Shown in pieces: positions 20,301 through 30,712 of a DNA stretch of 64,000 nt (positions are counted from its first letter, which is position 1; each line of letters begins with the position of its first letter). The position numbers and the translations under genes are program-made. The notes beneath the pieces are model-generated. The model worked only from the letters and a program-made list of their open reading frames with translations, did no database searches and was not told the DNA's origin. This DNA comes from an uncultured cyanobacterium (lineage in GTDB: Bacteria > Cyanobacteriota > Cyanobacteriia > Cyanobacteriales > Cyanobacteriaceae), in contig CAVQBA010000006.1 in the NCBI GenBank assembly GCA_963710605.1, positions 882,440-946,439 on the forward strand, in the 5' to 3' direction.

Positions 20301-20876
20301 TTATTGGTAGCGATTTAATAATGATTGTAAACCACCTTCATAACCTGCACCAACAGCATTCATACGCCATTCACCACTTTTACGGTAAAGTTCGGTCATA
20401 ATTAAAGCAGTTTCAATCGAAAAATCTTCTTCTAAGTCATAACGTAATACTTCTTCTTTAGTTTCTACATCGACTAATCTGACAAAAGCATTTCTAACTT
20501 GACCAAAATTTTGTTTTCTTTTATCAGCATCGTGTATAGTAACGGTAATGACGATACGATCGATATCTGCGGGGACTTTACGCAAATCAACTATAATCAC
20601 CTCATCATCTCCTTCACCTGCCCCTGTGAGATTATCACCCATATGTTTAACGGATTTGTCAGCATCTGGACTGGTAAGATTGTTGTAAAAGATGAAATGC
20701 TCATCAGAAATTAATTTTTCATTTGTATTAAGTAAAAAGACAGAAGCATCTAAATCAAAGTCATTCCCTGTATCGGTAACATTTACATCCCAACCTAAAC
20801 CGATAAAACCAGCATTTAACCCTGGTGCGACTTTGTCTAGAGAAACTCTTTGCCCTTTTTTTAATGAAACTGCCAT
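20301..20876 (-). CDS. terD: TerD family protein
   Basis: GLGWD, DLDAS, FIFYNN, GDNLTGAGEGDDE, QNFGQV, RYDLEED, W...AVG.G. Confidence 0.93.
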   Translation of the reverse strand: MAVSLKKGQRVSLDKVAPGLNAGFIGLGWDVNVTDTGNDFDLDASVFLLNTNEKLISDEHFIFYNNLTSPDADKSVKHMGDNLTGAGEGDDEVIIVDLRKVPADIDRIVITVTIHDADKRKQNFGQVRNAFVRLVDVETKEEVLRYDLEEDFSIETALIMTELYRKSGEWRMNAVGAGYEGGLQSLLNRYQ

Positions 20877-21067
20877 GATAGTTAAATATTTATTTTTACT
20901 ATTGTTGTTGTCGTTCTTTCTCTATTATCAATAGTAATCTGCTTATTCATCACTATATCGAAAAGATTTTTTACTTTTATAGTCATTTAAGTTAAGGTTG
21001 AGATAGTCAAAAGGGCACTCGTGCAAAGGGCAAAGGTAAGTAATGAGTAAGGAGTAAGAAGTAAGAA

Positions 21068-21361
21068 GTAATGAGAAAAAATAGCACCGTTACTACCATT
21101 GAAATTCCTCTCGCCTATCAATGGAGTATCCCCCCATCCTTACGCAGGGCTGATTCATTGTCAAATTTTGTAACTTATACAACGCCAGAAATAGCAGTAA
21201 ATAAATCGCAGTTTTTTTCTAATAATAAAAACACAATGTAACCAACGAGCGAGCGATTGTATTGTAGTAGTAATAGCAGATAGCTATTTATTTTGAGCTT
21301 CTAGCTATTTTCTTCTTCCTTTGAATGAAACAGCCCCTCCCCTTACCAAAGGGCGGAGATT
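21068..21361. repeat. ~95-bp dispersed repeat interrupted by a MITE
   Basis: Flanks match the reverse complement of the uninterrupted copy at 24859-24952 (GTAATGAGAAAAAATAGCACCGTTACTA...ATCCCCCCATCC | CCCTT...AAAGGG). Confidence 0.7.
21147..21336. mobile_element. 190-bp MITE with 13-bp terminal inverted repeats
   Basis: GGGCTGATTCATT ... AATGAAACAGCCC (1 mismatch), non-coding. A partial end copy lies at 37222-37272. Confidence 0.75.
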
Positions 21362-21543
21362 CGGGGCGTAATTACCCTTGATTTTGTGGTAACGATCGTA
21401 AAGCCGCCGTTGTTTAGGCTATTATTTAAATTCTGACTAAACTCGCAAAGCGATCGTTTTCGACAGTAATATGATTTAATGGAAATAATTAGTCTAATAG
21501 TACAGTCAACAAAAACCAATATTAAATAAGGAGAAAACTACCA

Positions 21544-21870
21544 GTGTTTTTAACTATTTTGCGTCGTTTTATTAGTGTCTGTTTAATTTCCATAACTTTA
21601 TTTTTTGCCACTGCTTTCGATCTCAATCTCACTCATAGTGCGATCGCTAAATCGATTACCAAAGATGTTAACAATCTCAACCCGGTTGAGGAAGTTACAG
21701 ATTCTGAATACGAAACCGCCAAGATAAATCGTCAAAGAGAACAAGCAATGCGTTCAAAACAGGCAAAAGCAGAAGCAGAAACAGAAAAAGCATCTGAAAG
21801 TATTGGCGAAATACTAAATCTAGATGAAATAACTGAAACTCTAACAGACGATAGCCCTGCTACTAAGTAA
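21544..21870 (+). CDS. Small exported hypothetical protein
   Basis: Signal peptide ending SAIA, charged helical body, AGGAG upstream of the GTG start. Confidence 0.7.
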   Translation: MFLTILRRFISVCLISITLFFATAFDLNLTHSAIAKSITKDVNNLNPVEEVTDSEYETAKINRQREQAMRSKQAKAEAETEKASESIGEILNLDEITETLTDDSPATK

Positions 21871-22110
21871 TATATATAGTCATATATGCTTGCTTATCTT
21901 GTCATATATGACATCTAATTTCTAAATTTGTTAATCGACATAACGAATGCAACTGCACCTTCTTTGTACGTCGAACGTCAGTTTTAGTCAATACAGTTCA
22001 AGACTAGGTACTTTAGCGCAGCCCTTTCAATGCGCGAGTTGATTATTAAGAGAAACATCCCCTATCAAAAAATCGAAGACTTTTTAATTCACCAAAAAAT
22101 CAAGGGTAAT

Positions 22111-22201
22111 GAGTAAGAAGTAAGGAGTAAGGAGTAAGGAGTAAGGATTAAGGAGTAAGGAGTAAGGAGTAAGGAGTAAGGAGTAAGGAGTAAGGAGTAA
22201 G
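22111..22201 (+). repeat. Heptamer tandem repeat (GAGTAAG)n, STRR-like
   Basis: About 13 near-perfect units. The same family occurs at ~21040-21075 and inverted at 33246-33326. Confidence 0.92.
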
Positions 22202-22409
22202 AAGAGTGAGTGAATTCAACTCTTGCATGGAGTGCCTTTTTTAACTTTTAACTTTTAACACCTAACTTACCCTTTGCACGAGTGCCCTTTGTTTACAGAC
22301 ACAATGCAAATACCAAGAATCAAACGTTGAAGACGATCGGGGCTTACACAGAATCACCGAACAAATACAATACTAAAATACTAGAATAGTAGAAACAGTT
22401 TGAAAAATT

Positions 22410-23660
22410 ATGAATATTTATATTCTTAACCTTTTGGTTATTGGCTTACTATTGCTGGTTGTTACTTTGGGTTCGGGGTGGATAAAACGCCTACCTCTAT
22501 CCTACGCTATTATCTATCTTATTGTTGGTATTGTATTGGGTAATTATGGCTTTGGACTAATCGAAACTAGACCAGATACCCAGTTTTTAGAAAGATTAAC
22601 GGAATTTGTGGTTATTGTGTCCGTATTTGGTTGCGGACTAAAGATCAATCGCCCTTTAAAACTTTGGGCATGGCAATCGACTATTAGGCTAATCGGATTA
22701 TTGATGCCTATCTCTATCTTGGCATTAAGTGCGATCGCCCACTACGTTTTAGGCATGGGTTGGGGAGTTGCGGTGTTGATGAGTGCAATTCTAGCCCCAA
22801 CCGACCCCGTACTGGCTTCAGAGGTACAGTTAGCTCATGTTGAAGATAAAGATGAACTACGCTTTGCCTTGACTTCTGAAGGAGGTCTGAATGATTCTCT
22901 GGCGTTTCCTTTCGTTTATTTCGGAATCTATGCCTTCAAAGATTCTAATTGGGATAACTGGTTTACCAAGTGGGTAGGAATCGACTTACTTTGGGCGATC
23001 GCATTAGGGATTATAATGGGCATTATTGTGGCTAAAGCCGTCATTTGGATCGATCGCATCTTGCAAAAGCGTCGCTCAGCCGATGATTTGATGGAAAATT
23101 TTGTGGCACTGAGCATTATCTTATTAACTTATTCTCTCACTGAATTGGTTAATGGTTATGGCTTCTTGGCAGTATTTGTAGCGGGTTTGGTGGTGCAACG
23201 GAGTTATTTTACCCAACAGGATAAACGCCTTACACAGCTAGAATTTACCGAACAAATCGAGAAGTTATTAGAAGTTACGGCGATCGTTATTTTAGGCTCT
23301 ATGCTATTAATCGAGCCGATGGTTAAGTATGCGGGAGAATCATTGCTTGTCGCAGGGTTATTATTTTTGGTGATTCGTCCTGTAGGAGTATGGTTATCTA
23401 CTTTGGGAAGTGACACGCCAAAAGTAACTCGTTATCTTATGGGTTGGTTTGGCATCAAGGGTTTGGGTTCGATTTATTATCTCACCTACTCTTTAGGCAA
23501 AGGAATTTCGGGGACTGTGGCAGAACAATTAGCTTGGATTACTTATACGGTGATAGTACTATCGATACTAGTTCATGGAATCACCGCATACCCTTTAATG
23601 GCTTGGTATGAAGACGCTAAAAAAAAATCAAAAGTTTCCCCTACCAAAGCAGTTTCTTAA
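22410..23660 (+). CDS. Cation:proton antiporter (CPA1/NhaP family)
   Basis: LAPTDPVLA, SEGGLNDSLAFP, IRP, WFGIKGLGSIYYL, many TM helices. Confidence 0.92.
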   Translation: MNIYILNLLVIGLLLLVVTLGSGWIKRLPLSYAIIYLIVGIVLGNYGFGLIETRPDTQFLERLTEFVVIVSVFGCGLKINRPLKLWAWQSTIRLIGLLMPISILALSAIAHYVLGMGWGVAVLMSAILAPTDPVLASEVQLAHVEDKDELRFALTSEGGLNDSLAFPFVYFGIYAFKDSNWDNWFTKWVGIDLLWAIALGIIMGIIVAKAVIWIDRILQKRRSADDLMENFVALSIILLTYSLTELVNGYGFLAVFVAGLVVQRSYFTQQDKRLTQLEFTEQIEKLLEVTAIVILGSMLLIEPMVKYAGESLLVAGLLFLVIRPVGVWLSTLGSDTPKVTRYLMGWFGIKGLGSIYYLTYSLGKGISGTVAEQLAWITYTVIVLSILVHGITAYPLMAWYEDAKKKSKVSPTKAVS

Positions 23661-23735
23661 AATATTACCTGACAATATTTGTGTAAAAATAATCATCAAG
23701 TTTGTCAGCCACGCAAGTGAGCAATTATTAAATAA

Positions 23736-24764
23736 ATGGTTAATCAAAAAACAGCAATATATCGTATCTTAGACGCTAACCTCGATCGTGCCAGAGAAGG
23801 TTTAAGAACGATCGAAGAATGGTATCGTTTAGGATTAAATAACCCTTCAAAGGCAAATTTATGCAAACAGATGCGTCAGCAATTAGCATCTTATCATCGA
23901 ACAGAATTTAAGTTAGCCAGAGACACAACCAATGATGTCGGTACTAGTTTAAGCCATCCTCAAGAAGAAAAAAGAGCCGATATTGAGACATTAATTCAAG
24001 CTAATTTAGGGCGTGTACAAGAAGCATTAAGAGTATTAGAAGAATATGCCAAATTATTTGATAGCCAGTTTGCCCAAGCGATGAAACAGATGCGTTATCA
24101 AGTTTATATTTTAGAAAGCGAATTTTTGGCTACATCTCACTCAAAACCAAAATTGTCTGAATGCCCCTTGTATTTAGTCACCTCTGATGTCGATAACTTA
24201 TTATCCGTTGTTGAGTCGGCATTAAAAGGAGGTTTAAAATTAGTGCAATATCGTAGCAAAAACGAAACTGACGATATTCGTTTCCAACAAGCATGGGAAT
24301 TAAAACAATTATGCGATCGTTATAATGCTATATTTTTAGTTAACGATCGAGTTGATATTGCCTTAGCTGTAGATGCTGATGGTGTACATTTAGGGCAAAC
24401 AGATTTACCTGTAGAAGTTGCCAGAAAGTTATTAGGTAAAGACAAAATAATCGGTCAATCTACTACTTGCCCCGAAGAAATGGCACTTGCCTTATCTACT
24501 GATGTTGATTATATCGGAGTAGGTCCAGTTCATGCAACACCAACTAAACCAGGTAAAAAAGCCTCAGGATTAGAATATATTCGTTATGCGGTGGCTAATT
24601 CTAATGTACCATTTTATGCGATCGGTGGTATTGATGGTGATAATATTGGCAATGTCGTCAATGCAGGGGCGAAAGGGGTTGCGGTAGTAAGGGCGATTAT
24701 GGAAGCAGATAACCCTGAAACGCAAACTGCAAGTTTATTAGCTCAATTAAAAATTGTGGATTGA
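23736..24764 (+). CDS. thiE: Thiamine-phosphate synthase (cyanobacterial long form)
   Basis: RILDANLDRAREGLR N-terminal domain, VQYR.K, NDRVD, DGVHLGQ.D, TPTK, AIGGI. Confidence 0.96.
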   Translation: MVNQKTAIYRILDANLDRAREGLRTIEEWYRLGLNNPSKANLCKQMRQQLASYHRTEFKLARDTTNDVGTSLSHPQEEKRADIETLIQANLGRVQEALRVLEEYAKLFDSQFAQAMKQMRYQVYILESEFLATSHSKPKLSECPLYLVTSDVDNLLSVVESALKGGLKLVQYRSKNETDDIRFQQAWELKQLCDRYNAIFLVNDRVDIALAVDADGVHLGQTDLPVEVARKLLGKDKIIGQSTTCPEEMALALSTDVDYIGVGPVHATPTKPGKKASGLEYIRYAVANSNVPFYAIGGIDGDNIGNVVNAGAKGVAVVRAIMEADNPETQTASLLAQLKIVD

Positions 24765-24858
24765 GCAATTGTTTCTATCTAAAAACTTAAATATTTTTAA
24801 GATTTGTTGATTATTTTTTTTAGTTTTATTCGAGTTTCCAAATAAGTTTGTTAAATCA

Positions 24859-24952
24859 ATTCTCCCCCCTTTAGAAGGGGGGATGGGGGGATCGTCCATT
24901 GAATGGCGTATTGGATTTTAATGATAGTAACGGTGCTATTTTTTCTCATTAC
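24859..24952. repeat. Dispersed repeat with CCCCCCTT-TAG-AAGGGGGG hairpin (uninterrupted copy)
   Basis: Reverse complement aligns to 21068-21139 plus 21339-21361. Confidence 0.7.
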
Positions 24953-25214
24953 CTTTGTCCCTTGTCCGCAAGTCCATTGTCCTTCAATTGACGATCGTTT
25001 ATCATTTGGTAGAAACACTTTTTAATAAAGCTATTATTTACTATTTTAAAATTACCTAAAATATTTAATTTATTTGTAACTTAATTTAGCTAACAATTAT
25101 AGGGAAAATTTAATAATATTTATTTTAAGATAAAATATAGCTAAAAAATAAAAAAAATTAGATTTAACTTCAAAACACTTTAAAGTTTGATCATAAAAAT
25201 TATTTACTTACTTA

Positions 25215-27008
25215 ATGAATAAATATCCTCTACTAAAAGAATATGCGTTACGTTTTCGTAATCTCGTATTTCTTTCGATCGGTTCAGGTTTCGTCAGTGC
25301 TATTTTTAATAGTATCGGAGTGACATTAGCAATTCCGATTATTTTAAGTATTCTTGATCCTAGTTTGCTTCCTCTTGATAAATTACCAGATATTTTAAGC
25401 CAGCCTTTAATGTTATTTGATTATTTTTCTGCCGATTTGAAAAATATTTTGATGGCGATTACAATTTTTGTTTTAATTGTTTTAAGAAATGCGACTCAAG
25501 TAGCTAATTCAATCTTTAATAGCTTACTAATTAAAAAACTAAGTAATTCTTTAAAAATTGATATTTTTGAAATACTATTTGATGTTGATTTAGATTTTTT
25601 TAATAAAAATAAAATTGGTAATCTAATTAGTACTTTAAACACAGAATCAATGAGAACGGCATTATCTATTAGAAGTTTTCTTGATTTATTAAGAACTTCA
25701 ATTAATATTTTTATATTGCTAATTATCTTAATTTCTCTTTCTTGGCAGATAACTTTAATTACTGTATTATTTTTACTTTTGCTGAGTTTAGGTAATCAAA
25801 TTTTTATCAAAAAAGCGAAAATAATTGGTAAGAAACAAAGACGAGTAAGTAGAGAATATGCTCAAAGAATAGTAGAAGTTTTTAGTGGAATTCGTTTGGT
25901 CAAATCAGTAGCTCAAGAACAACAAGAATATCATAAAATATCTTATCTAGTAGAAGAAGCCGAAAAGTTAGAGTTAGAAGCACAATATACCAGAATATTT
26001 ATTCAGCCGCTTAACGAAATATTTGGTGTGTTAATTATTTTAGTCATTGTCATTATTGGCAAATATTTTTTTACCGAAGAATCACTAGCATTAGCGGCAA
26101 CTTTACTTACTTACTTATTAGTATTATTTAGACTTTTACCTCTTGTTTCTAATATTAATCAATATCGAACTATGTTAGCTAATCAATCAAGTTCGGTTGA
26201 AATAGTAAATAGTTTTTTGAATACTAAAGATAAACCATTTTTACATAAAGGTAATATAGCTTATCAATCTCTTGAAAAAGGAATATATTTTAACAATGTT
26301 TGGTTTAGTTATCCTGAAGTAGATGAAGTAGTTTTAAAGAATATTAATCTATTTATTCCTAAAAATAAAGTAACAGCTTTAGTTGGCTCTTCTGGTTCAG
26401 GAAAATCAACTTTAGGAGATTTATTTACTCGTTTTTATGACCCTACTCAAGGGCAAATTTTATTTGATCAAACTGAGTATCAAGAATTAGAATTAAAAAC
26501 TGTTCGTCAAAAAATGGCGATCGTTTCTCAAGATACTTTTTTGTTTAATGATACAGTCAGAAACAACATTTGTTACGGATTAGGTGAAGTTTCTGAAGCA
26601 GAATTAATTAATGCTTCTAAACACGCTAATATTTATGACTTTGTGATGGCGTTACCCAAACAATTTGATAGTGAAATAGGCGATCGTGGTATTATGTTAT
26701 CTGGAGGACAAAAACAATTAATTGCGATCGCACGAGCTTTACTGAGAAACCCAGAACTACTATTATTAGATGAAGCAACTAGTGCATTAGATACAGTTTC
26801 CGAAAAAATAGTTCAAAAAGCCTTAGATGAATTATGTCTTAATCGCACAACTTTGGTAATTGCTCATAGACTATCAACTATTCAAAACGCAGATCAAATA
26901 GTAGTCTTAGATAAAGGTGAAATAAAAGAAATTGGTACACATGAAGAATTATTAGCTCATAATGGTTATTATAATAATTTCTATCAAATGCAATTTAAAA
27001 ATAATTAA
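25215..27008 (+). CDS. ABC exporter, fused permease/ATPase (HepA/MsbA-like)
   Basis: N-terminal TM domain, Walker A GSSGSGKST, LSGGQ, LLLDEATSALD, IAHRLST. Confidence 0.94.
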   Translation: MNKYPLLKEYALRFRNLVFLSIGSGFVSAIFNSIGVTLAIPIILSILDPSLLPLDKLPDILSQPLMLFDYFSADLKNILMAITIFVLIVLRNATQVANSIFNSLLIKKLSNSLKIDIFEILFDVDLDFFNKNKIGNLISTLNTESMRTALSIRSFLDLLRTSINIFILLIILISLSWQITLITVLFLLLLSLGNQIFIKKAKIIGKKQRRVSREYAQRIVEVFSGIRLVKSVAQEQQEYHKISYLVEEAEKLELEAQYTRIFIQPLNEIFGVLIILVIVIIGKYFFTEESLALAATLLTYLLVLFRLLPLVSNINQYRTMLANQSSSVEIVNSFLNTKDKPFLHKGNIAYQSLEKGIYFNNVWFSYPEVDEVVLKNINLFIPKNKVTALVGSSGSGKSTLGDLFTRFYDPTQGQILFDQTEYQELELKTVRQKMAIVSQDTFLFNDTVRNNICYGLGEVSEAELINASKHANIYDFVMALPKQFDSEIGDRGIMLSGGQKQLIAIARALLRNPELLLLDEATSALDTVSEKIVQKALDELCLNRTTLVIAHRLSTIQNADQIVVLDKGEIKEIGTHEELLAHNGYYNNFYQMQFKNN

Positions 27009-27160
27009 CAGACTACAGTGTTTAGAGTGAAAAGTGAACAGATAACTTATAGAATTAAGAATTAAGAGAATACGAAAATTGAGAGAGTACGAAAATTGAA
27101 TTTACTTAAAAACTATTAATTACTATTAACTATTAACTATTAACTATTAACTAATCGGTT

Positions 27161-29404
27161 ATGGGGAAAAAATCGACTAATTCATCTATTTTGAGTCAAA
27201 TGGTTACGGGTGTGTTTCAAACAATTCAAATCAAATTAGATACACCTGCACTTAAAGCTAACGCCAAAGTACCGACTTTACGGATTAAATACACTCAAAA
27301 TGGTAAAAAATATACAGAAAATTATCCTTTATTAGGCGATAAATATATCATTGGGCGTAGTCGTAGTCAATGTGATATTCCCATTCGTAGTGATATAGTC
27401 AGTACTCGTCACTGTACGATCGAAAAAGATATAAGCAATCCCAAGCAGTTTATTATTAAAGACTTAAAATCAACTAATGGGGTTTATTTTGGCAAAAAAC
27501 GTTACCAATCAATCACATTAAATCATAACGATGTGATTACCCTCGCTCCCCCAGAATTAGCCGATGCAGTAGAAGTTAGATTAGACAATTCTCCTGTCAA
27601 ACTTGTCTTGTTATTACGATACATTTTGATTACGTTGATGATTACTTTATTGACGACGATCGGTTTAATTGGCATACAATGGAGTAGATACCAAGTTAGT
27701 CCAATACCTGTTCATGTAGGTGGTGCTACTGTAGTTTATGGTAGTGATGGGAAAACAATCCTCGCACCGAAAATTGATGCACCTCACCGAGAAATAAAAA
27801 ATTTAGATGAATTTTCTCCTTATCTTCCCCAAGCATTACTTGCGTCTGAAGATAGTCGTTATTTATGGCATTTTGGTGTTGACCCGATCGGTATTTTAAG
27901 GGCATTATTAATTAGACGTGATGGTGTAACTCAAGGTGCGAGTACGATTACTCAACAATTAGCCCGTAGTATTTATCCTGATGTAGGAAGAGAAAATACG
28001 ATCGCCCGAAAATTACGAGAAGTTATTGTTGCAACCAAGCTAGAAGCAGTTTACAGTAAAAATTATATTATCAGAACATATCTTAATCGAGTTTATTTAG
28101 GTATCAACTTGTATGGTTTTGAAGATGCCGCTCAATTTTATTTTGAAAAATCAGCACGAGATTTAGATTTAGTTGAGTCAGCAACTTTAGTTGGTATGTT
28201 ACCCGCACCGAATGCTTTTAATCCTGTTCAAGATTATGATACCGCCATCGGTTTACGTAATCGTATCATCGAACGGATGTTGAAAGCAAATACGATTACA
28301 GAAGAAGAAGCCTCACGGGCAAGACGCTCAACTATTAAAATTAGCCCAAAAGCAAAACAAACATTATCTAATATCATTGCACCTTATTTCTACAGTTACG
28401 TTTTTCAAGAAATGAGCGATGTTTTAGGAAGTAATCTCACTCAAGAAGGAGACTTTATTGTTGAAACTAGTTTAGATTTGCGGATGCAAGAAATAGCCGA
28501 ACAAAATATTAAAGCCCATATTGATACCAACGGTAAACAAGCTAATTTTGCTCAAGGTGCGATCGTTACCCTTAAAAGTAAAAATGGTGAAATTGTCGCC
28601 TTAGTCGGCGGTAAAGACTTCCGTGAAAGCCAATTTAACCGAGCCACCCAAGCCCAAAGACAACCCGGTTCAACTTTTAAAGTCTTTGCTTATACAGCCG
28701 CCTTAAATAAAGGTATTAGTACCGAGAAAATATACTCTTGTGCACCATTATTTTGGCAAGGATTTCAATATCGTGGTTGCGAAAGAACATCAGGAGGGGC
28801 GACAATGGCAAGAGGTTTAGCAATGTCAGAAAATGCTATTGCTTTGAGAGTAGCCAAAGAAGTCGGTTTAAAAAATGTGGTTGATACTGCCCAACAACTA
28901 GGTATCTCCTCACCCTTAAATCCTGTACCCGGATTGATTTTAGGACAAAGTGAAGTAAATGTCTTAGAAATTACGGGTGCATATACTGCCTTCGCTAATC
29001 AAGGAATTTGGTCTCGCCCTCATGCTATTAATATTATTAGAGACGGTAGAGACTGTGAAGACGACGATAATTATCGAACTTGTCGAGAAATGTATCGTTT
29101 TAATCAAAGTGGTGATAATCAAAAACAAGCTTTAAATGTCGGTGTTGCTCAAAGCATGAATCGGATGTTACAGCAAGTAGTTACTAATGGTACAGCAAGA
29201 AATGCCTATCTAGGTAAAAAAGAAGCAGGGAAAACAGGTACGACAAATAAAGGCGTGGATTTATGGTTTATTGGTTATGTACCTCAAGATAATTTACTAA
29301 CAGGTGTTTGGCTGGGTAATGATGATAATAAGCCAACTAATAGTAGTAGTTTTCAAGCTGTTTTATTATGGCAAAAATATATGAAAGCAATCGATGATAA
29401 TTAA
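27161..29404 (+). CDS. FHA-domain class A penicillin-binding protein
   Basis: FHA (IGRS..VSTRH..STNG), TM, transglycosylase (SEDSRY, GASTITQQLAR, RKLRE), transpeptidase (STFK, SEN, KTG). Confidence 0.94.
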   Translation: MGKKSTNSSILSQMVTGVFQTIQIKLDTPALKANAKVPTLRIKYTQNGKKYTENYPLLGDKYIIGRSRSQCDIPIRSDIVSTRHCTIEKDISNPKQFIIKDLKSTNGVYFGKKRYQSITLNHNDVITLAPPELADAVEVRLDNSPVKLVLLLRYILITLMITLLTTIGLIGIQWSRYQVSPIPVHVGGATVVYGSDGKTILAPKIDAPHREIKNLDEFSPYLPQALLASEDSRYLWHFGVDPIGILRALLIRRDGVTQGASTITQQLARSIYPDVGRENTIARKLREVIVATKLEAVYSKNYIIRTYLNRVYLGINLYGFEDAAQFYFEKSARDLDLVESATLVGMLPAPNAFNPVQDYDTAIGLRNRIIERMLKANTITEEEASRARRSTIKISPKAKQTLSNIIAPYFYSYVFQEMSDVLGSNLTQEGDFIVETSLDLRMQEIAEQNIKAHIDTNGKQANFAQGAIVTLKSKNGEIVALVGGKDFRESQFNRATQAQRQPGSTFKVFAYTAALNKGISTEKIYSCAPLFWQGFQYRGCERTSGGATMARGLAMSENAIALRVAKEVGLKNVVDTAQQLGISSPLNPVPGLILGQSEVNVLEITGAYTAFANQGIWSRPHAINIIRDGRDCEDDDNYRTCREMYRFNQSGDNQKQALNVGVAQSMNRMLQQVVTNGTARNAYLGKKEAGKTGTTNKGVDLWFIGYVPQDNLLTGVWLGNDDNKPTNSSSFQAVLLWQKYMKAIDDN

Positions 29405-29605
29405 TAATGAATAATTAATAATTAAATACACTAATTAAAAGTTGGTTGTTAAGATGTTTAATTTACTTTATAAACTTTTGGGTACAACATCTATCACTAT
29501 TAACTATTAGCTATTAACTATTAACTGTTATTACTTTTTTCAGCTAAAAAGTTTCAACATGACAAGAATAAATTAAAATAGAAAAGAAGCTCCCAAGAAA
29601 ATTAG

Positions 29606-30223
29606 ATGCAAATATTTGGTGAATTTATTCAACATTTCCCTCCAGAAAAAGACTCTCTTGAATTAACTTTCACGCCAACTTCTGTACCTTTAAAAAAACG
29701 TTGGCGAAATAATCGTTTGTCAGCTCATTTTATTGCTGATTATTTTACTACATTTTTGCCTTTGGATGATGCTCAATGTAAGCAAAAAAAGCAAATAGAA
29801 GAAAGTAAATGTGCTGTTTCTTATGTTGCTAATGAGTTATTAGAAAATGCGATGAAATATAATTCGGAAAAAGTACGAACTCAGATTAAATTTGGGATTC
29901 ATTTTGTGGAAAAAGAAAGCTTAATTGCGGTTATTTTCGCTACTAATATTATTAGTTTAAAAAATCAAGAAAAGTTACAGGTATTTATTAAAAAGTTATC
30001 TGATAAAGATCCTGAATTATTATATATAGAACAGTTAGAAAAAAATGCTTTTAATGAGCAAGAAAATAAAGTAGAAGATGAATGTTCAGGTTTAGGTATT
30101 CTAACTATGATTAATGATTATAATGCTCTCATCGGTTGGCAGTTTGATACTTTAGAAGATTTTGATGATGAGAGTTTTTCGATCGTCACCACCATGGTAC
30201 AGTTAGAAGTTTGTCAAAATTAA
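29606..30223 (+). CDS. GHKL-like ATP-binding regulator (Slr1658-like anti-sigma-factor-type kinase)
   Basis: RWRNNRLSA.F.ADY, N-box NELLENAMKY, G-box SGLGILTMINDY. Confidence 0.8.
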   Translation: MQIFGEFIQHFPPEKDSLELTFTPTSVPLKKRWRNNRLSAHFIADYFTTFLPLDDAQCKQKKQIEESKCAVSYVANELLENAMKYNSEKVRTQIKFGIHFVEKESLIAVIFATNIISLKNQEKLQVFIKKLSDKDPELLYIEQLEKNAFNEQENKVEDECSGLGILTMINDYNALIGWQFDTLEDFDDESFSIVTTMVQLEVCQN

Positions 30224-30358
30224 ATAACTGCAAAAGCTAACAATAAAAGCTTCAAATTACTTATTATCGATCGATAATCTGAAAATTAATAATGAGTTTT
30301 AACGAGTATTTTGTTATATGATTGGAAATAAGCAAGTAGATAAATTGTGTGATAAAAA

Positions 30359-30712
30359 ATGGAAAATCAAGTAATTGAAGGTCAAGATTATTCAGTTAGA
30401 TTAAATAAAGCAGAAAATACAGTTATCTTTGCAGGAGAATTGAGTTTAGGAGAGCCAACAGAATATCATCCTATTAAAGATATACTTGAATCAGTAGCCC
30501 AAGAAGATCCTGAAAATATGACGATCAATCTGCAAAAATTATTGTTTTTAAACAGTTCAGGTATCAGTATGTTATCTAAATTTGTAATTAGTTTAAGAAA
30601 GAAAAAAAGACTACAATTAATTGTTTTAGGTTCAGAAGAAGTACCTTGGCAAAAAAAATCGTTGAAAAATTTACAAAAATTTTTACCGGGTTTAAAGTTA
30701 GAAATAAACTAA
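30359..30712 (+). CDS. STAS/anti-anti-sigma-like protein (Slr1659-like)
   Basis: L.FLNSSGI phospho-acceptor motif, PWQKKSLKNLQ. Confidence 0.82.
   Translation: MENQVIEGQDYSVRLNKAENTVIFAGELSLGEPTEYHPIKDILESVAQEDPENMTINLQKLLFLNSSGISMLSKFVISLRKKKRLQLIVLGSEEVPWQKKSLKNLQKFLPGLKLEIN

Noticed and set aside
22111-22201. Tandem repeats here and at 15691, 27114, 33246, 47350 and 50262 as CRISPR arrays
   Set aside because: They are 7-nt units with no spacers and no cas genes, typical cyanobacterial short tandem repeats.
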